A DNA stretch of 35,419 nt from Pseudomonadota bacterium (GTDB lineage Bacteria > Pseudomonadota > Alphaproteobacteria > Micavibrionales > CSBR16-224): the NCBI GenBank assembly GCA_051745265.1, contig JBNJDW010000001.1:1-35419 (forward strand), in the 5' to 3' direction. Within the stretch, counting starts at the first letter, position 1, and the number at the start of each line of letters is the position of its first letter. This document shows, in pieces, positions 8,247 to 18,204 of the stretch. Under the pieces are notes generated by a model. It worked only from the letters and a program-made list of their open reading frames with translations. It was not told the DNA's origin and did not search any database. Position numbers and translations under genes: made by a program.

Positions 8247-9323
8247 ATGGCTGACGAAACAACAGATGATTCGCAAAAGACCGAGGACCCCACGGCCAAA
8301 CGTCTTCAGGAATCCCGAAAACAAGGACAGGTTCCGCTTAGCCGCGAAGTCAATCACTGGGTCATGCTTATTGCCTCGGCCTTCGTTTTGCTGGTTATGG
8401 GGCCGGGCATCATGTCTGATTTTGGCGATCTTTTCCGCAGCTTTGTGGAGCGTCCGCATATTCTGTCACAAAATGAAAATGGCCCCGGCTATGTATTGGC
8501 GTCCCTGTTTGTCAGGGCCGGTGAAATCTTGTTTATGCCCATGGTCATTATGGTCATTGCTGCCATTGGCGCGCCCTTGGTCCAGATCGGGCCCCTGTTC
8601 AGCGCTGAGACCATAAAACCAAAACTGTCCAAAATCTCGCCGATCGCCGGTGCCAAAAGATTGTTTTCAATCCGCTCGGTCGTCGAATTTCTGAAAACCC
8701 TGTTTAAAATGGCGATTATCGGTACCGTCACGGTTATTTTGATGATGCCCTTTTATGGCACGATTGAACATTTTATCGGCCTGCCCATTGCCTATGCCAT
8801 GGATGAGCTGCACAGCCTGATTTTTCGTATGATGGTCGGTATTATCAGCATTCTGACCGTAATTGCCGTGATCGACCTGATATACCAGCGTATGGAACAT
8901 ATGAAAAAACTGCGCATGAGCAAGCAGGAAATAAAGGATGAATTCAAACAGACCGAAGGGGATCCGCAGGTTAAGGCCCGTTTGTCCGAACTGCGTCAGA
9001 CGCGCGCCCAGCAACGCATGATGTCTGCCGTGCCCGAGGCTGATGTGGTCATCACCAACCCGACCCATTATGCTGTCGCTTTGAAATATGACCCTCAACA
9101 GATGGATGCGCCGATTATGGTTGCCAAGGGGATTGATGAAACGGCTTTACGGATCCGCGAAGTTGCCAAAGAACATAACATCACCATTGTCGAAAACCCG
9201 CCGCTGGCCCGCGGGTTGTTCGATAACATGGATATTGATGAGATTATTCCCGGCGACTTCTTTAAGGCCGTTGCCGAAGTTATCTCCTATGTCTTTAAAC
9301 TTAAAGGCAAAAAAATGAGCTGA
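8247..9323 (+). CDS. flhB: Flagellar export apparatus switch protein FlhB
   Basis: N-terminal KTEDPTAKRLQESRKQGQV, four TM segments, the NPTHYAVAL autocleavage motif and C-terminal FKAVAEVISYVF. Confidence 0.95.
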   Translation: MADETTDDSQKTEDPTAKRLQESRKQGQVPLSREVNHWVMLIASAFVLLVMGPGIMSDFGDLFRSFVERPHILSQNENGPGYVLASLFVRAGEILFMPMVIMVIAAIGAPLVQIGPLFSAETIKPKLSKISPIAGAKRLFSIRSVVEFLKTLFKMAIIGTVTVILMMPFYGTIEHFIGLPIAYAMDELHSLIFRMMVGIISILTVIAVIDLIYQRMEHMKKLRMSKQEIKDEFKQTEGDPQVKARLSELRQTRAQQRMMSAVPEADVVITNPTHYAVALKYDPQQMDAPIMVAKGIDETALRIREVAKEHNITIVENPPLARGLFDNMDIDEIIPGDFFKAVAEVISYVFKLKGKKMS

Positions 9324-9414
9324 TATAAGGGTAAAATCCACTTACCATCCATAAATGGCTTTGCCTCCGGCGCCAAAGCTTTTATACTTTCACGGGATCA
9401 AAAGGGGGATTTAC

Positions 9415-11919
9415 GTGTCCGATAACGGAACCGACAGCTTTTTTCTACAAGATGATGCGCCCGCGCCTGAAAAACGGCGTGCACAGGCCAGAAATCTAAA
9501 AACCTGGGTCGTTATTCTGGTCGGTGTTGCCTATGCGCTGTTAACCGCACTTTTTGCCATGCTGATGAATATCGGCGGTCAGAATATTATCATGTTGCTG
9601 AGCGTCTATGCCTATGGATTAATGGGCGGCGGGGCCATTCTGATCGTCAAGATGCTGTTCCAACGGTCTGAAAAAAGCCGCCGGATCCTGAGCGAAGTTC
9701 TTGAACATAGCCGGGCCGGACGTCTGATCACCGACCATAACGATGAAACCGTTTATTCCAATATCCGTTTTGAAAGAATGCTGCCCTCAAGCGCGCCCAC
9801 GCTGGATAATTTTTCCGAGCTTTTTACCAGCGGCCGGAAAATGCGCTCCGCCCTGAATAATCTAAAGAAAAAAGTTTTAAACGGTGAAAGCGGCCAGATT
9901 GAAGCCGAAGCAATCATCGACGGCCAGGAAACCTTTTTACAGATCACGGCAAAACCGATTCAGGGCTGGAAAAACTATGTCCATTGGCGGATTGATGATC
10001 TGAGCAAGCAAAAAGCCGCGGAAGAACGCCTGATCGAAGAACGTGAAAAACTCGCCGATTTTACTGATAACGCGCCGGTTGGCTTTTTCTCGGTCGATGA
10101 AAACGGGGTATTTACCTTTATCAACAATGTGCTGGCCAAATGGCTGGCCGTGGACCAAAAGGAAATTATCGGCCGGGGCAAACTGCATGATTATCTGTTT
10201 GATATTCCCGAAGATATTAACCCTTACGAAATTTTTGAAAACAGCGACACACACCACCAGTCAGGTGAATTATCGATGGTGGCCAAGGATGGCCGTATTT
10301 TCAAGGCCGCCATCACCCATTCGATTGTCCGTGATACCAAGGCCGGCAAGGTCCGCACCCGTTCCGTTCTTTATGATCTGACCGCCGAACAGGAAATTGA
10401 AGCCGCGCTGCGCGAAACGCAGGACAGTTTCGAACGCCTGTTTGAGGAAGCACCGGTCGGTATCTGCCTGCTCGCCCGTGATGGTGCGATTGATGCCGCA
10501 AATACCAGCCTGGGCGGTATGTTTGGCCTGAAAGCGCAGGACATCAAACACAAACTGTTTACCGATTATATTCTGGATACGGACCGTGAAATGGTCAGCG
10601 AGTGGATCGAACAGCTTTTCCGCAGCAAACAGAAAAGCGCGACGATTGAAGCCCATCTGAACACACAGGCCAAAACCGTTGTTCAGATCTTTGGCCGTAA
10701 ATTCCGCGGCGGCGATTCCATGGTGCTCCATTTCATTGATCTGACCGAACAGAAAAAGCTGGAGCAGCAATTCACCCAGTCGCAGAAAATGCAGGCCATC
10801 GGCCAGCTGGCCGGCGGTGTTGCTCATGATTTTAACAACCTGTTGACCGCAATGATCGGCTTTTGTGACCTTCTGTTGCTGCGTCACAAGCCCGGCGATC
10901 CGTCCTTTACCGATATCATGCAGATTAAACAGAACGCCAACCGGGCCGCGAATCTGGTCCGGCAATTGCTGGCCTTTTCCCGCCAGCAGACCCTGCAGCC
11001 CAAGGTCATGGACATCAATGAGGTCTTAAGCGAGTTATCCCATCTGATCCGTCGCCTGATTGGTGCCCGCATTGATCTTAGCATTGAACACAAAAGCGCA
11101 GAACCCGGCCTTGTCAAAGTCGATCAGGGCCAGCTGGAACAGGTCTTGATCAATCTTGCCGTTAATGCGCGTGATGCCATGCCCGAAGGCGGCGCGCTGA
11201 ATATCTTTACCTCTGCCGTTGCCAATGATGAAGAAATCCGGCTGAATACCAATGACCTGCTGCCGCCCGGCAAATGGGTCCGCATAGATATCGAAGACAC
11301 CGGCACCGGCATCCCGCAGGATATTCTGGACCGCATTTTCGAACCGTTCTTTACCACCAAGGAACTGGGCGCCGGCACCGGTCTGGGCCTGTCGACCGTC
11401 CATGGTATCATTCACCAGACCGGCGGCTTTTTATCGGTTCATACCGAGGTTGATAACGGCACGACCTTTTCCATCTATCTGCCGTTCTTTGAACGCGACG
11501 ACAAGGATGAGGAAAAGAACGCCGAAAAAGAAACCGAGAGCGAGGCCGATCTTACCGGCACTGCCAAAATCCTGCTGGTGGAGGATGAAGACGCTGTGCG
11601 CAGTTTCAGCGCCCGCGCGCTGGGTAACAAAGGCTATGACGTGATCGAAGCCATAAATGGCCGTGACGCGCTGGATATCATTGCCCGCGACAAACCGGCA
11701 CTGGAACTGATCATCACCGATGTCGTCATGCCCGAGGTCGACGGCCCGACCATGATCGAAGAACTGCGCGAAACCTATAAAGATGTCAAAATCATCTTCA
11801 TGTCCGGCTATACCGAAGACCGTTTAAAGCAGCAATTCGGCGAAGACTTCTGGTTCCTGCCCAAACCCTTTACGCTCAAACAGCTGGCCACCAAGGTTAA
11901 GGACGTTCTGGATACGTAA
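9415..11919 (+). CDS. cckA: CckA-like hybrid sensor histidine kinase (2 TM, PAS repeats, HisKA, HATPase_c, REC)
   Basis: H-box [50 protein letters not shown]-boxes DTGTGI and GTGLGLS. Receiver [11 protein letters not shown]...[11 protein letters not shown]...[12 protein letters not shown]. Start set at the GTG at 9415, which is preceded by AAGGGGG (9402-9408). The in-frame ATG at 9355 has no SD and is the alternative. Confidence 0.75.
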   Translation: MSDNGTDSFFLQDDAPAPEKRRAQARNLKTWVVILVGVAYALLTALFAMLMNIGGQNIIMLLSVYAYGLMGGGAILIVKMLFQRSEKSRRILSEVLEHSRAGRLITDHNDETVYSNIRFERMLPSSAPTLDNFSELFTSGRKMRSALNNLKKKVLNGESGQIEAEAIIDGQETFLQITAKPIQGWKNYVHWRIDDLSKQKAAEERLIEEREKLADFTDNAPVGFFSVDENGVFTFINNVLAKWLAVDQKEIIGRGKLHDYLFDIPEDINPYEIFENSDTHHQSGELSMVAKDGRIFKAAITHSIVRDTKAGKVRTRSVLYDLTAEQEIEAALRETQDSFERLFEEAPVGICLLARDGAIDAANTSLGGMFGLKAQDIKHKLFTDYILDTDREMVSEWIEQLFRSKQKSATIEAHLNTQAKTVVQIFGRKFRGGDSMVLHFIDLTEQKKLEQQFTQSQKMQAIGQLAGGVAHDFNNLLTAMIGFCDLLLLRHKPGDPSFTDIMQIKQNANRAANLVRQLLAFSRQQTLQPKVMDINEVLSELSHLIRRLIGARIDLSIEHKSAEPGLVKVDQGQLEQVLINLAVNARDAMPEGGALNIFTSAVANDEEIRLNTNDLLPPGKWVRIDIEDTGTGIPQDILDRIFEPFFTTKELGAGTGLGLSTVHGIIHQTGGFLSVHTEVDNGTTFSIYLPFFERDDKDEEKNAEKETESEADLTGTAKILLVEDEDAVRSFSARALGNKGYDVIEAINGRDALDIIARDKPALELIITDVVMPEVDGPTMIEELRETYKDVKIIFMSGYTEDRLKQQFGEDFWFLPKPFTLKQLATKVKDVLDT

Positions 11920-11974
11920 AAACCTCCCCGCGCCTCCAGACAAAATACCGGGGAGCCTTGCAAAAGGATTGATC

Positions 11975-12715
11975 ATGGCAAAGCCGCATATCCCTACACT
12001 GTTAAAATCAAAAAAACATAGTGCTTTGTTTTTATGTGTGATCTTGGCCTCTCTATTTGCCTATGGCTGTTCTTTCATCGGTGGGGCCAATGGCGGATAT
12101 CATTACAAAGTCATCGTAGAGGTTGAAACGCCGGAGGGTATGGTTACAGGATCGGCCATACGCGCCGTTTCCTTCAAAGACGGCCTTCGCCTGCCCGAAA
12201 GCGGGCCGTCTATCCGGTCACAGGGCGAGGCCGTTGTGGTGGATCTGGGAGATCGCGGTATCCTGTTTGCCTTAACCAGCTTTGATAACTACCGCAGCGT
12301 CTTTGCCGCCTTCCCCGGACCGCCGGGCCTGACGCCGGAAGGAATAGATTATTACGAAAGCCTTGTGGGCCAGCGGGCGTCTTTGCCAGTGGAATATTAT
12401 CCCAAATTCGTGAGTTTTGAGGATTTAACTGAGCCATTAAGTGTTTTCCAAATTGCTCTCAATCAGAAACAAAGCGTAAAACTCAAAGCTTTAGGCCGCA
12501 AGAAAGTTGGGACTATGGAAGAAGCTTTTGGAACAGGAGTTTCTGTACATAACGTATCAATTGAAATAACCGATGAGCAAGTGACCCAGAAAATAGAGAG
12601 CCTTCTCCCGTGGCTTAAAGAAATAGGTGGCAGATATCTGGATGGGGAATCAACCGGAGGCGGGCCAGATCTATTTAATATTCTGCATAGTGGGAATTTC
12701 AAAAACGAAAGATGA
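11975..12715 (+). CDS. Hypothetical protein, probable lipoprotein
   Basis: ATG at 11975 with SD AAGGA (the track start 11969 is a TTG). Signal-like KKHSALFLCVILASLFAYGCSF with a lipobox-like AYGC. No family recognised. Confidence 0.55.
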   Translation: MAKPHIPTLLKSKKHSALFLCVILASLFAYGCSFIGGANGGYHYKVIVEVETPEGMVTGSAIRAVSFKDGLRLPESGPSIRSQGEAVVVDLGDRGILFALTSFDNYRSVFAAFPGPPGLTPEGIDYYESLVGQRASLPVEYYPKFVSFEDLTEPLSVFQIALNQKQSVKLKALGRKKVGTMEEAFGTGVSVHNVSIEITDEQVTQKIESLLPWLKEIGGRYLDGESTGGGPDLFNILHSGNFKNER

Positions 12716-12789
12716 TCCTTACTACTATGTGAATAAAAATTATATCTGTTACGTATGAGCGCTAATTTTCTTCCATATTCGACAGAACC

Positions 12790-12804
12790 GTTCTTATTTT
12801 GTTC
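12790..12804. promoter_or_regulatory. Alphaproteobacterial LexA (SOS) box upstream of recA
   Basis: Exact GTTC-TTATTTT-GTTC, which is GTTC-N7-GTTC. An imperfect inverted copy GAAC-AAACAGT-GAAT lies at 12822-12836 and overlaps the putative recA promoter. Confidence 0.65.
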
Positions 12805-12811
12805 TTTTTTA

Positions 12812-12839
12812 TTGACAGGAAGAACAAACAGTGAATAAT
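12812..12839 (+). promoter_or_regulatory. Putative sigma70-type recA promoter
   Basis: TTGACA (12812-12817), a 16-nt spacer, then AATAAT (12834-12839). Lies about 55 nt upstream of the recA ATG. Confidence 0.45.
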
Positions 12840-12892
12840 GGGAGTTAGGAATTGCATTTTTTCAACACCTGTGCGAGAAAGGAGTCATTCAA

Positions 12893-14026
12893 ATGACAGT
12901 TACAGACCTCAAGGGAAAGCAGGACACCATGGACACCTCCGATAAACAAAAAGCACTCGACGCCGCACTCGGCCAGATTGAACGCGCCTTTGGCAAAGGG
13001 TCAATCATGAAGCTGGGCAGCGATAACCCCAACGCGAATATTGCCGCGATTTCAACCGGTTCACTCGGTCTTGATATCGGTCTTGGTATCGGCGGCCTGC
13101 CGCGCGGTCGGGTTGTTGAAATTTTCGGGCCGGAAAGCTCGGGTAAAACCACCCTCGCCCTTCAAGTCATTGCCGAGGCGCAGAAATCCGGCGGCACCTG
13201 CGCTGTGATTGATGCTGAACATGCCCTTGATCCGGGATATGCCAAGAAACTGGGCTGCGATGTCGACAATCTGCTGATCTCTCAACCCGATGCCGGTGAA
13301 CAGGCGCTTGAAATTGCCGATACGCTGGTCCGTTCCGGCGCGATTGATGTTCTGGTTGTCGATTCTGTGGCCGCGCTTGTGCCCAAGGCGGAGCTGGAAG
13401 GCGATATGGGCGACAGCCATATGGGTCTGCAGGCCCGGTTGATGAGCCAGGCGTTGCGTAAGATTACCGCCTCAATCTCAAAATCAAAAACCGTCGTCAT
13501 CTTTATTAACCAGATCCGTATGAAAATCGGTGTTATGTTCGGCAGCCCCGAAACGACGACCGGCGGTAATGCCTTAAAATTCTATTCCTCAGTCCGGCTT
13601 GATATCCGCCGTATTGGCGCCATCAAAGACAAGGAAAACATGATCGGGAACCAGACCCGTGTCAAAGTCGTCAAAAACAAGATGGCTCCGCCCTTCCGGG
13701 TCGTCGAATTCGACATTATGTATGGCGAAGGCATTTCCAAACTGGGAGAAATCCTTGATCTGGGTGTGCAGGGCGGCATTGTTGAAAAAGCCGGTGCCTG
13801 GTACTCCTATAAAGGTGAGAAAGTCGGCCAGGGCCGTGAAAATTCCAAGGTTTTCCTGGCTGAAAACCCCAAACTGGCCGGCGAAATTGAAAACCAGGTC
13901 CGTGAGAATGCCGGTCTGGTCGCCAATGCCATGCTGATGGGCAACGAAGAAAAAGAGGAAGCCGTTGCCGAGAATGCTGATCAGGACACCGATCCCGAAA
14001 CCAAAAAGAAGGCGGCGTCTTCATAA
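12893..14026 (+). CDS. recA: Recombinase RecA
   Basis: [25 protein letters not shown], Walker [13 protein letters not shown], and [47 protein letters not shown] sits 8 nt upstream of the ATG. Confidence 0.98.
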   Translation: MTVTDLKGKQDTMDTSDKQKALDAALGQIERAFGKGSIMKLGSDNPNANIAAISTGSLGLDIGLGIGGLPRGRVVEIFGPESSGKTTLALQVIAEAQKSGGTCAVIDAEHALDPGYAKKLGCDVDNLLISQPDAGEQALEIADTLVRSGAIDVLVVDSVAALVPKAELEGDMGDSHMGLQARLMSQALRKITASISKSKTVVIFINQIRMKIGVMFGSPETTTGGNALKFYSSVRLDIRRIGAIKDKENMIGNQTRVKVVKNKMAPPFRVVEFDIMYGEGISKLGEILDLGVQGGIVEKAGAWYSYKGEKVGQGRENSKVFLAENPKLAGEIENQVRENAGLVANAMLMGNEEKEEAVAENADQDTDPETKKKAASS

Positions 14027-14056
14027 CCGCTTTTATGCTTCCCCAAGTATAGAAAA

Positions 14057-14083
14057 GGCGGGCTTTTGGCCCGTCTTTTTTTT
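14057..14083 (+). terminator. Rho-independent terminator after recA
   Basis: GGCGGGC-ttttg-GCCCGTC hairpin (5 GC pairs plus G-U and G-C) followed by eight T. Confidence 0.8.
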
Positions 14084-14189
14084 ATGTTATAATAACAGGA
14101 ACACGCTTGCTACGCTTGACATAATCTAAAATTCGGTGATAAGCTCTTGTGACGGTATAAACAATTATTTTGGCTTAAAGGATTACGAT

Positions 14190-14819
14190 ATGACCGACCA
14201 GAATACGACCAAACATGTCCTTGGTGATAGCCTGTCACGAAAAATCATCATGCTTTACGTCGATCAGGGCGAAATCAAATCCTTTGACCCTGCGCAAAAT
14301 TACAACAGGGCGCCTGATCTTCACGCTAAGATGGCCAGACTGGAAAAGAAAGGCGATGACAGCTGCAAAGATGCCGGGCTATATGTTGAATATGTCGCCG
14401 AGAAAAAGCGTCTGAATCTGGCCGATATTGCCCATAGTCTGGAAGTCAATCTGTTAAGCGCCGAAGGCACACCGGATACGCCTTTCAGCCTTTTGTCTGC
14501 CGGAGAAAAAAATAAAACCATAACCGTGGCCGGAACATTGGCCGAAAACAAGGAAAAGCTTGCAGAGTTTAAAAACAGCAGCGCGCAGGTTCTTGACCTT
14601 ACCGGTGCGGCCAAGACCATACAAAAAGAGCTCGCGCCCTCATACAAAACGCTTGTCAGTAAATTGCAGGACTATATTGATAAACCAGCGTCAAAAAACA
14701 ATTCGCTGAGTGCCAAAGTCTCCAACTGGTTTCGTAAACATACGTCTTCGGGCCACCGGGCAGCGGATAGAACGCCCCCGCCAAGGCATAAGCCACAACA
14801 CCCACCCAGATCTTTATAG
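14190..14819 (+). CDS. Hypothetical protein (no recognisable domain; basic Pro-rich C-terminus)
   Basis: ORF starts at the ATG at 14190 (SD AAAGGA) and ends directly before a strong terminator. A TTGACA at 14116-14121 is a possible -35 element. Confidence 0.5.
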   Translation: MTDQNTTKHVLGDSLSRKIIMLYVDQGEIKSFDPAQNYNRAPDLHAKMARLEKKGDDSCKDAGLYVEYVAEKKRLNLADIAHSLEVNLLSAEGTPDTPFSLLSAGEKNKTITVAGTLAENKEKLAEFKNSSAQVLDLTGAAKTIQKELAPSYKTLVSKLQDYIDKPASKNNSLSAKVSNWFRKHTSSGHRAADRTPPPRHKPQHPPRSL

Positions 14820-14822
14820 AAT

Positions 14823-14851
14823 AAAAAAAAGAGGGCTTTTGCCCTCTTTTT
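14823..14851. terminator. Bidirectional rho-independent terminator shared by the orphan gene (+) and smpB (-)
   Basis: A8-GAGGGC-TTTT-GCCCTC-T5: a perfect stem flanked by an A-run and a T-run, between convergent genes. Confidence 0.85.
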
Positions 14852-14869
14852 CTTTACGCTCTCAGCTGA

Positions 14870-15355
14870 TCAGCCTTTTTCGCGCATGATCCGGGCTTTA
14901 TCGCGATTCCAGTCACGCTCTTTAATGGTCGCGCGCTTATCATGCTGTTTCTTACCCTTGGCAATGCCCAGCTCCAGCTTGGCAATACCACGCGGGGTGA
15001 AATACAAGGACAAAGGCACCAACGTTATACCAGCTTTCGAAATTTCGCCCAATAAACGGGACATTTCCCGTTTATGGAGCAGTAATTTACGCGGGCGCTT
15101 GTGATTATGCTGCAAATGCGCGCCAGCATGGCCGTAATCAGGAATATACAGATTATACAGATACAGTTCACCCTCATGTTCCCCGGCATAGCATTCGGCA
15201 ATGCTGACCCTGCCGGCGCGAAGGGATTTGACCTCGGTCCCTTGAAGAACAATACCGGCTTCAAGCGTATCTTCAATAAAGTAATCAAAGCGCGCTTTTT
15301 TATTATTGGCGATGATCTGCCGTCCATGCGTGCTGTTTTTCTTTGCCGCTGCCAT
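14870..15355 (-). CDS. smpB: SsrA-binding protein SmpB
   Basis: IANNKKARFDYFIEDTLEAGIVLQGTEVKSLRAG and the C-terminal basic tail KKQHDKRATIKERDW. SD AAGAGG. Confidence 0.95.
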   Translation of the reverse strand: MAAAKKNSTHGRQIIANNKKARFDYFIEDTLEAGIVLQGTEVKSLRAGRVSIAECYAGEHEGELYLYNLYIPDYGHAGAHLQHNHKRPRKLLLHKREMSRLLGEISKAGITLVPLSLYFTPRGIAKLELGIAKGKKQHDKRATIKERDWNRDKARIMREKG

Positions 15356-15373
15356 GGTTAACCTCTTAAAATC

Positions 15374-16249
15374 CTATATAAGCCCGAGCTTTTTCAGCTC
15401 CGCATCCAGCCTGTGCGCCAGCGATTCGGTAACCGGTATAAGGGGCAAACGCAAAACATTTTCAACCTGCCCCATTTTATAGGCCGCATATTTAGCCGGC
15501 GCCGGGCTGGTTTCAACAAACAGCAATTCATGCATTTTCATCAGCTGATTGCGCCGTGTTTCAAATGTGTCGAAATCCCTGTCGCGCCAGGCCTCATGAA
15601 GCTCGGCACACAGCTTGGGGGCAACATTGGCTGTTACCGAAATACAGCCCTGTCCACCTTGGGCCAGATAGGCGGCGATCGTGCCGTCTTCCCCGGAGAG
15701 CAGGCAGAAATCCTCGCCCAGCCGAAGACGCATTTCCAAAGGCCGGCATAAATCAGGCGATGCATCCTTAATCCCGACAATACGCGGTAATTCGGCCAGC
15801 CGGCACAGAGTATCCACCTCAATATTGGCCACCGTGCGCCCCGGGACATTGTAGATGATCATGGGAATATCGGTTGCATCATGAACAGCTTTAAAATGTT
15901 GGTAAATCCCCTCCTGTGGAGGCTTGTTGTAATACGGAACAACCGTTAGAATAGCATCAGCCCCTGCTTTTTGTGCATGTTGAGCAAAGCGTACCGCTGT
16001 TACCGTCCGGTTTGAACCGGTACCGGCAATAACGGGAATTCGCCCCGCGGCGGTCTTGACACAGCGTGTGATCAACGCCATATGTTCTTCATCACTTAAA
16101 ACAGGTGTTTCACCCGTTGTCCCACAAGGAACAATACCATGCGTACCCTGTTCAATATGCCATTCGATCAAACGATCAAAAGCAGCCGTATCGACTTCGC
16201 CAGCCGTATCGAAGGGGGTAATCATGGCAACTATAGAGCCAAAAAACAT
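15374..16249 (-). CDS. dapA: 4-hydroxy-tetrahydrodipicolinate synthase DapA
   Basis: MFFGSIVAMITPF start (same pattern as E. coli MFTGSIVAIVTPM), GTTGE, YNVPGRT and the active-site region IVGIKDAS. The ATG at 16249 has SD AAGGA. The track extension to 16324 uses a GTG and is rejected. Confidence 0.95.
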   Translation of the reverse strand: MFFGSIVAMITPFDTAGEVDTAAFDRLIEWHIEQGTHGIVPCGTTGETPVLSDEEHMALITRCVKTAAGRIPVIAGTGSNRTVTAVRFAQHAQKAGADAILTVVPYYNKPPQEGIYQHFKAVHDATDIPMIIYNVPGRTVANIEVDTLCRLAELPRIVGIKDASPDLCRPLEMRLRLGEDFCLLSGEDGTIAAYLAQGGQGCISVTANVAPKLCAELHEAWRDRDFDTFETRRNQLMKMHELLFVETSPAPAKYAAYKMGQVENVLRLPLIPVTESLAHRLDAELKKLGLI

Positions 16250-18202
16250 GGTCGTTTCCTTTATTATGTATTTTTTGCTTTTCTCACTATAAATTCCTTG
16301 TGCAATTTTACAAGTCCTTCCCACGCCGCCGCGCCCGAATATCAGGGCGAAAATCTGATTTCAACGCTTCGTAACCCGGCAGAAGTCACCCGCCTGTCCA
16401 AACTGGACGCTTTTAATGACCCGCTTTCGGTCAAGCTGTTAACCTGGCTGCATCTAAGCCAATACGCTGATCAAGCCAGCTTTAATCAGATCCGGCATTT
16501 TATTATGGCCAATCCCGACTGGCCGCGCGAGAGCACCCTGGCCCGCAAAGCCGAAGAAAAACTGCCCGCCAATCTGCGCCCCTATGAAGTCAAAAGCTGG
16601 TTTGACCGTTATGCCCCGCAAACAACCGACGGTCTGCTGCGTTATCTGCAGGCCATTCAACAGCTGGGCTATGAGCCGCAGATTGCCCGGGCTTTAAAAG
16701 CCTACTGGCTGACCGGCAGTATTGATGCCAGGGATTTCACAAAGATCACCCGCGCCTATGGCCGCTATCTGACCGCAGATCTTCACGCTGAACGGATTGA
16801 TAACCTTATCTGGCGCGGCCGTATAAGTGAGGCGGCTATGATTTTGCCTCTGGTGCCAGACCGCCAACGGGCCCTCTTTCAGGCCCGCATTCTCCTGGCG
16901 GGGCAGGAAAACGGTGTTGATGCCGCCATAGATAAGGTTTCTGCTCAGGACCAGCTAAACCCGGGCCTGATTTATGAACGGGCCCGCTGGCGGCGCCGCG
17001 CCAATGATGATCAGGGGGCGCTGGAGCTGTTAAACATTGCCGCCGTTGATCAATCCCGTCACAGCGGCAAATGGTGGCGCGAACGTCATATCCTGATTCG
17101 CCGTGCCATGGAACGTCAGGATTTTGATTCTGCGTTGCAAATTGCAAAGAAACACCGTCAAAAAAGCGGTTTTTCATTTGCCTCCGCAGAATTTCTGGTT
17201 GGCTGGCTTACGCTTCAATACGAAAAAAATCCCGAAACAGCTGCCCGTCACTTCATACGATTGTATGAAGGCGTATCCAGCCCGATCAGCGTATCCAGAG
17301 CCGCCTATTGGACCGGACGGGCCTATGAAGCGCAGCAGGATATGGCCGAAGCACAAAAATGGTATAACCGCGCCGCTGAACACTCTTTGTTCTTTTATGG
17401 CCAGCTGGCCAATACCCGGCTGGGTCAACACAAACTGCCTGTAAAATGGGCCCTGGCACCGGATGCGACAAAAACACAATCACCGCTGATCCGTAATCAG
17501 TGGGCCGGGGCCATCCGTATTCTGAATAACTGGAAACTGTCCGGTCATAGCGATGCGTTTTTTGCCAAACTGTTTAACCACGTCAAATCGGCCGAGGATT
17601 ATAAATATGTCGCAGCCCTTTCAAAATCGGTTGGTCGTTATGATCAGGCCATACGGGCCGCCAAAGGGTTATATTCCGACCATGGCATCATGCTGACGGT
17701 CGGCTATCCGACATTACCCGGTATTAATCCCGATCTTGCCCGCCCCAGCCATCTTTTTGGCCTGATCCGTCAGGAAAGCGTCTTTAATGCCAAAGCCCGC
17801 AGCTTTGCCGGTGCGCAGGGATTAATGCAGTTGATGCCGCCAACAGCGGCTGAAACATCCCGTAAGCTTGGCCTGCCCTACAAAGAATCCGCCCTGACCC
17901 AGGATCCCAAATATAATACGGTATTAGGCACAGCCTATATCGAAGATTTGCTCAAACGGTATGACGGCAATCTTATTCTGGCAACCGCCGCCTATAATGC
18001 CGGTCCGGGGCGTGTGAACGGCTGGATCAGAGAACTGGGCGATCCAAGGGATCCGGATATTGATATTCTGGACTGGATTGAAACCCTGCCCGTTTATGAG
18101 ACCCGAAATTACATTCAAAGGGTCATGGAAGCCACACGAGTGTATTCAGAGCTATTACGCGAAAATCAGCAAATCCTGGCCAACAGCAATCATCGATTGT
18201 GA
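16139..18202 (+). CDS. slt: Soluble lytic murein transglycosylase (Slt70-like: superhelical repeat domain plus C-terminal SLT catalytic domain)
   Basis: Catalytic block LIRQESVFNAKARSFAGAQGLMQLMPPTA with AAYNAGPGRV. Signal-like FLYYVFFAFLTINSLCNFTSPSHA. The only in-frame starts upstream of the signal region are the ATG at 16139 (SD AAGGAA, 7-nt spacer) and the ATG at 16157. Both lie inside the divergent dapA coding region. Confidence 0.85.
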   Translation: MRTLFNMPFDQTIKSSRIDFASRIEGGNHGNYRAKKHGRFLYYVFFAFLTINSLCNFTSPSHAAAPEYQGENLISTLRNPAEVTRLSKLDAFNDPLSVKLLTWLHLSQYADQASFNQIRHFIMANPDWPRESTLARKAEEKLPANLRPYEVKSWFDRYAPQTTDGLLRYLQAIQQLGYEPQIARALKAYWLTGSIDARDFTKITRAYGRYLTADLHAERIDNLIWRGRISEAAMILPLVPDRQRALFQARILLAGQENGVDAAIDKVSAQDQLNPGLIYERARWRRRANDDQGALELLNIAAVDQSRHSGKWWRERHILIRRAMERQDFDSALQIAKKHRQKSGFSFASAEFLVGWLTLQYEKNPETAARHFIRLYEGVSSPISVSRAAYWTGRAYEAQQDMAEAQKWYNRAAEHSLFFYGQLANTRLGQHKLPVKWALAPDATKTQSPLIRNQWAGAIRILNNWKLSGHSDAFFAKLFNHVKSAEDYKYVAALSKSVGRYDQAIRAAKGLYSDHGIMLTVGYPTLPGINPDLARPSHLFGLIRQESVFNAKARSFAGAQGLMQLMPPTAAETSRKLGLPYKESALTQDPKYNTVLGTAYIEDLLKRYDGNLILATAAYNAGPGRVNGWIRELGDPRDPDIDILDWIETLPVYETRNYIQRVMEATRVYSELLRENQQILANSNHRL

Positions 18203-18204
18203 AC

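Noticed and set aside
10270-10965. 231-aa ORF antisense to the cckA-like gene, with several shorter ones nearby.
   Set aside because: The sense strand encodes intact PAS and HisKA motifs. The antisense product has no recognisable features.
11924-11955. CTCCCCG...CGGGGAG inverted repeat after the cckA-like gene, as a possible terminator.
   Set aside because: It has an 18-nt loop and no following T-run, so the evidence for termination is weak.
14105-14120. Sigma54-like CAGGAACACGCTTGCT upstream of the orphan gene.
   Set aside because: The GG to GC spacing is 11 rather than 12 nt, and the -24 element is poor.
16211-16292. GAAGGGGG followed by the ATG at 16224, opening a 22-codon frame (MATIEPKNMVVSFIMYFLLFSL).
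   Set aside because: The G-run is the antisense of conserved dapA codons and the peptide is very short. This is probably coincidence. It is mentioned only because it lies in the slt/dapA overlap.
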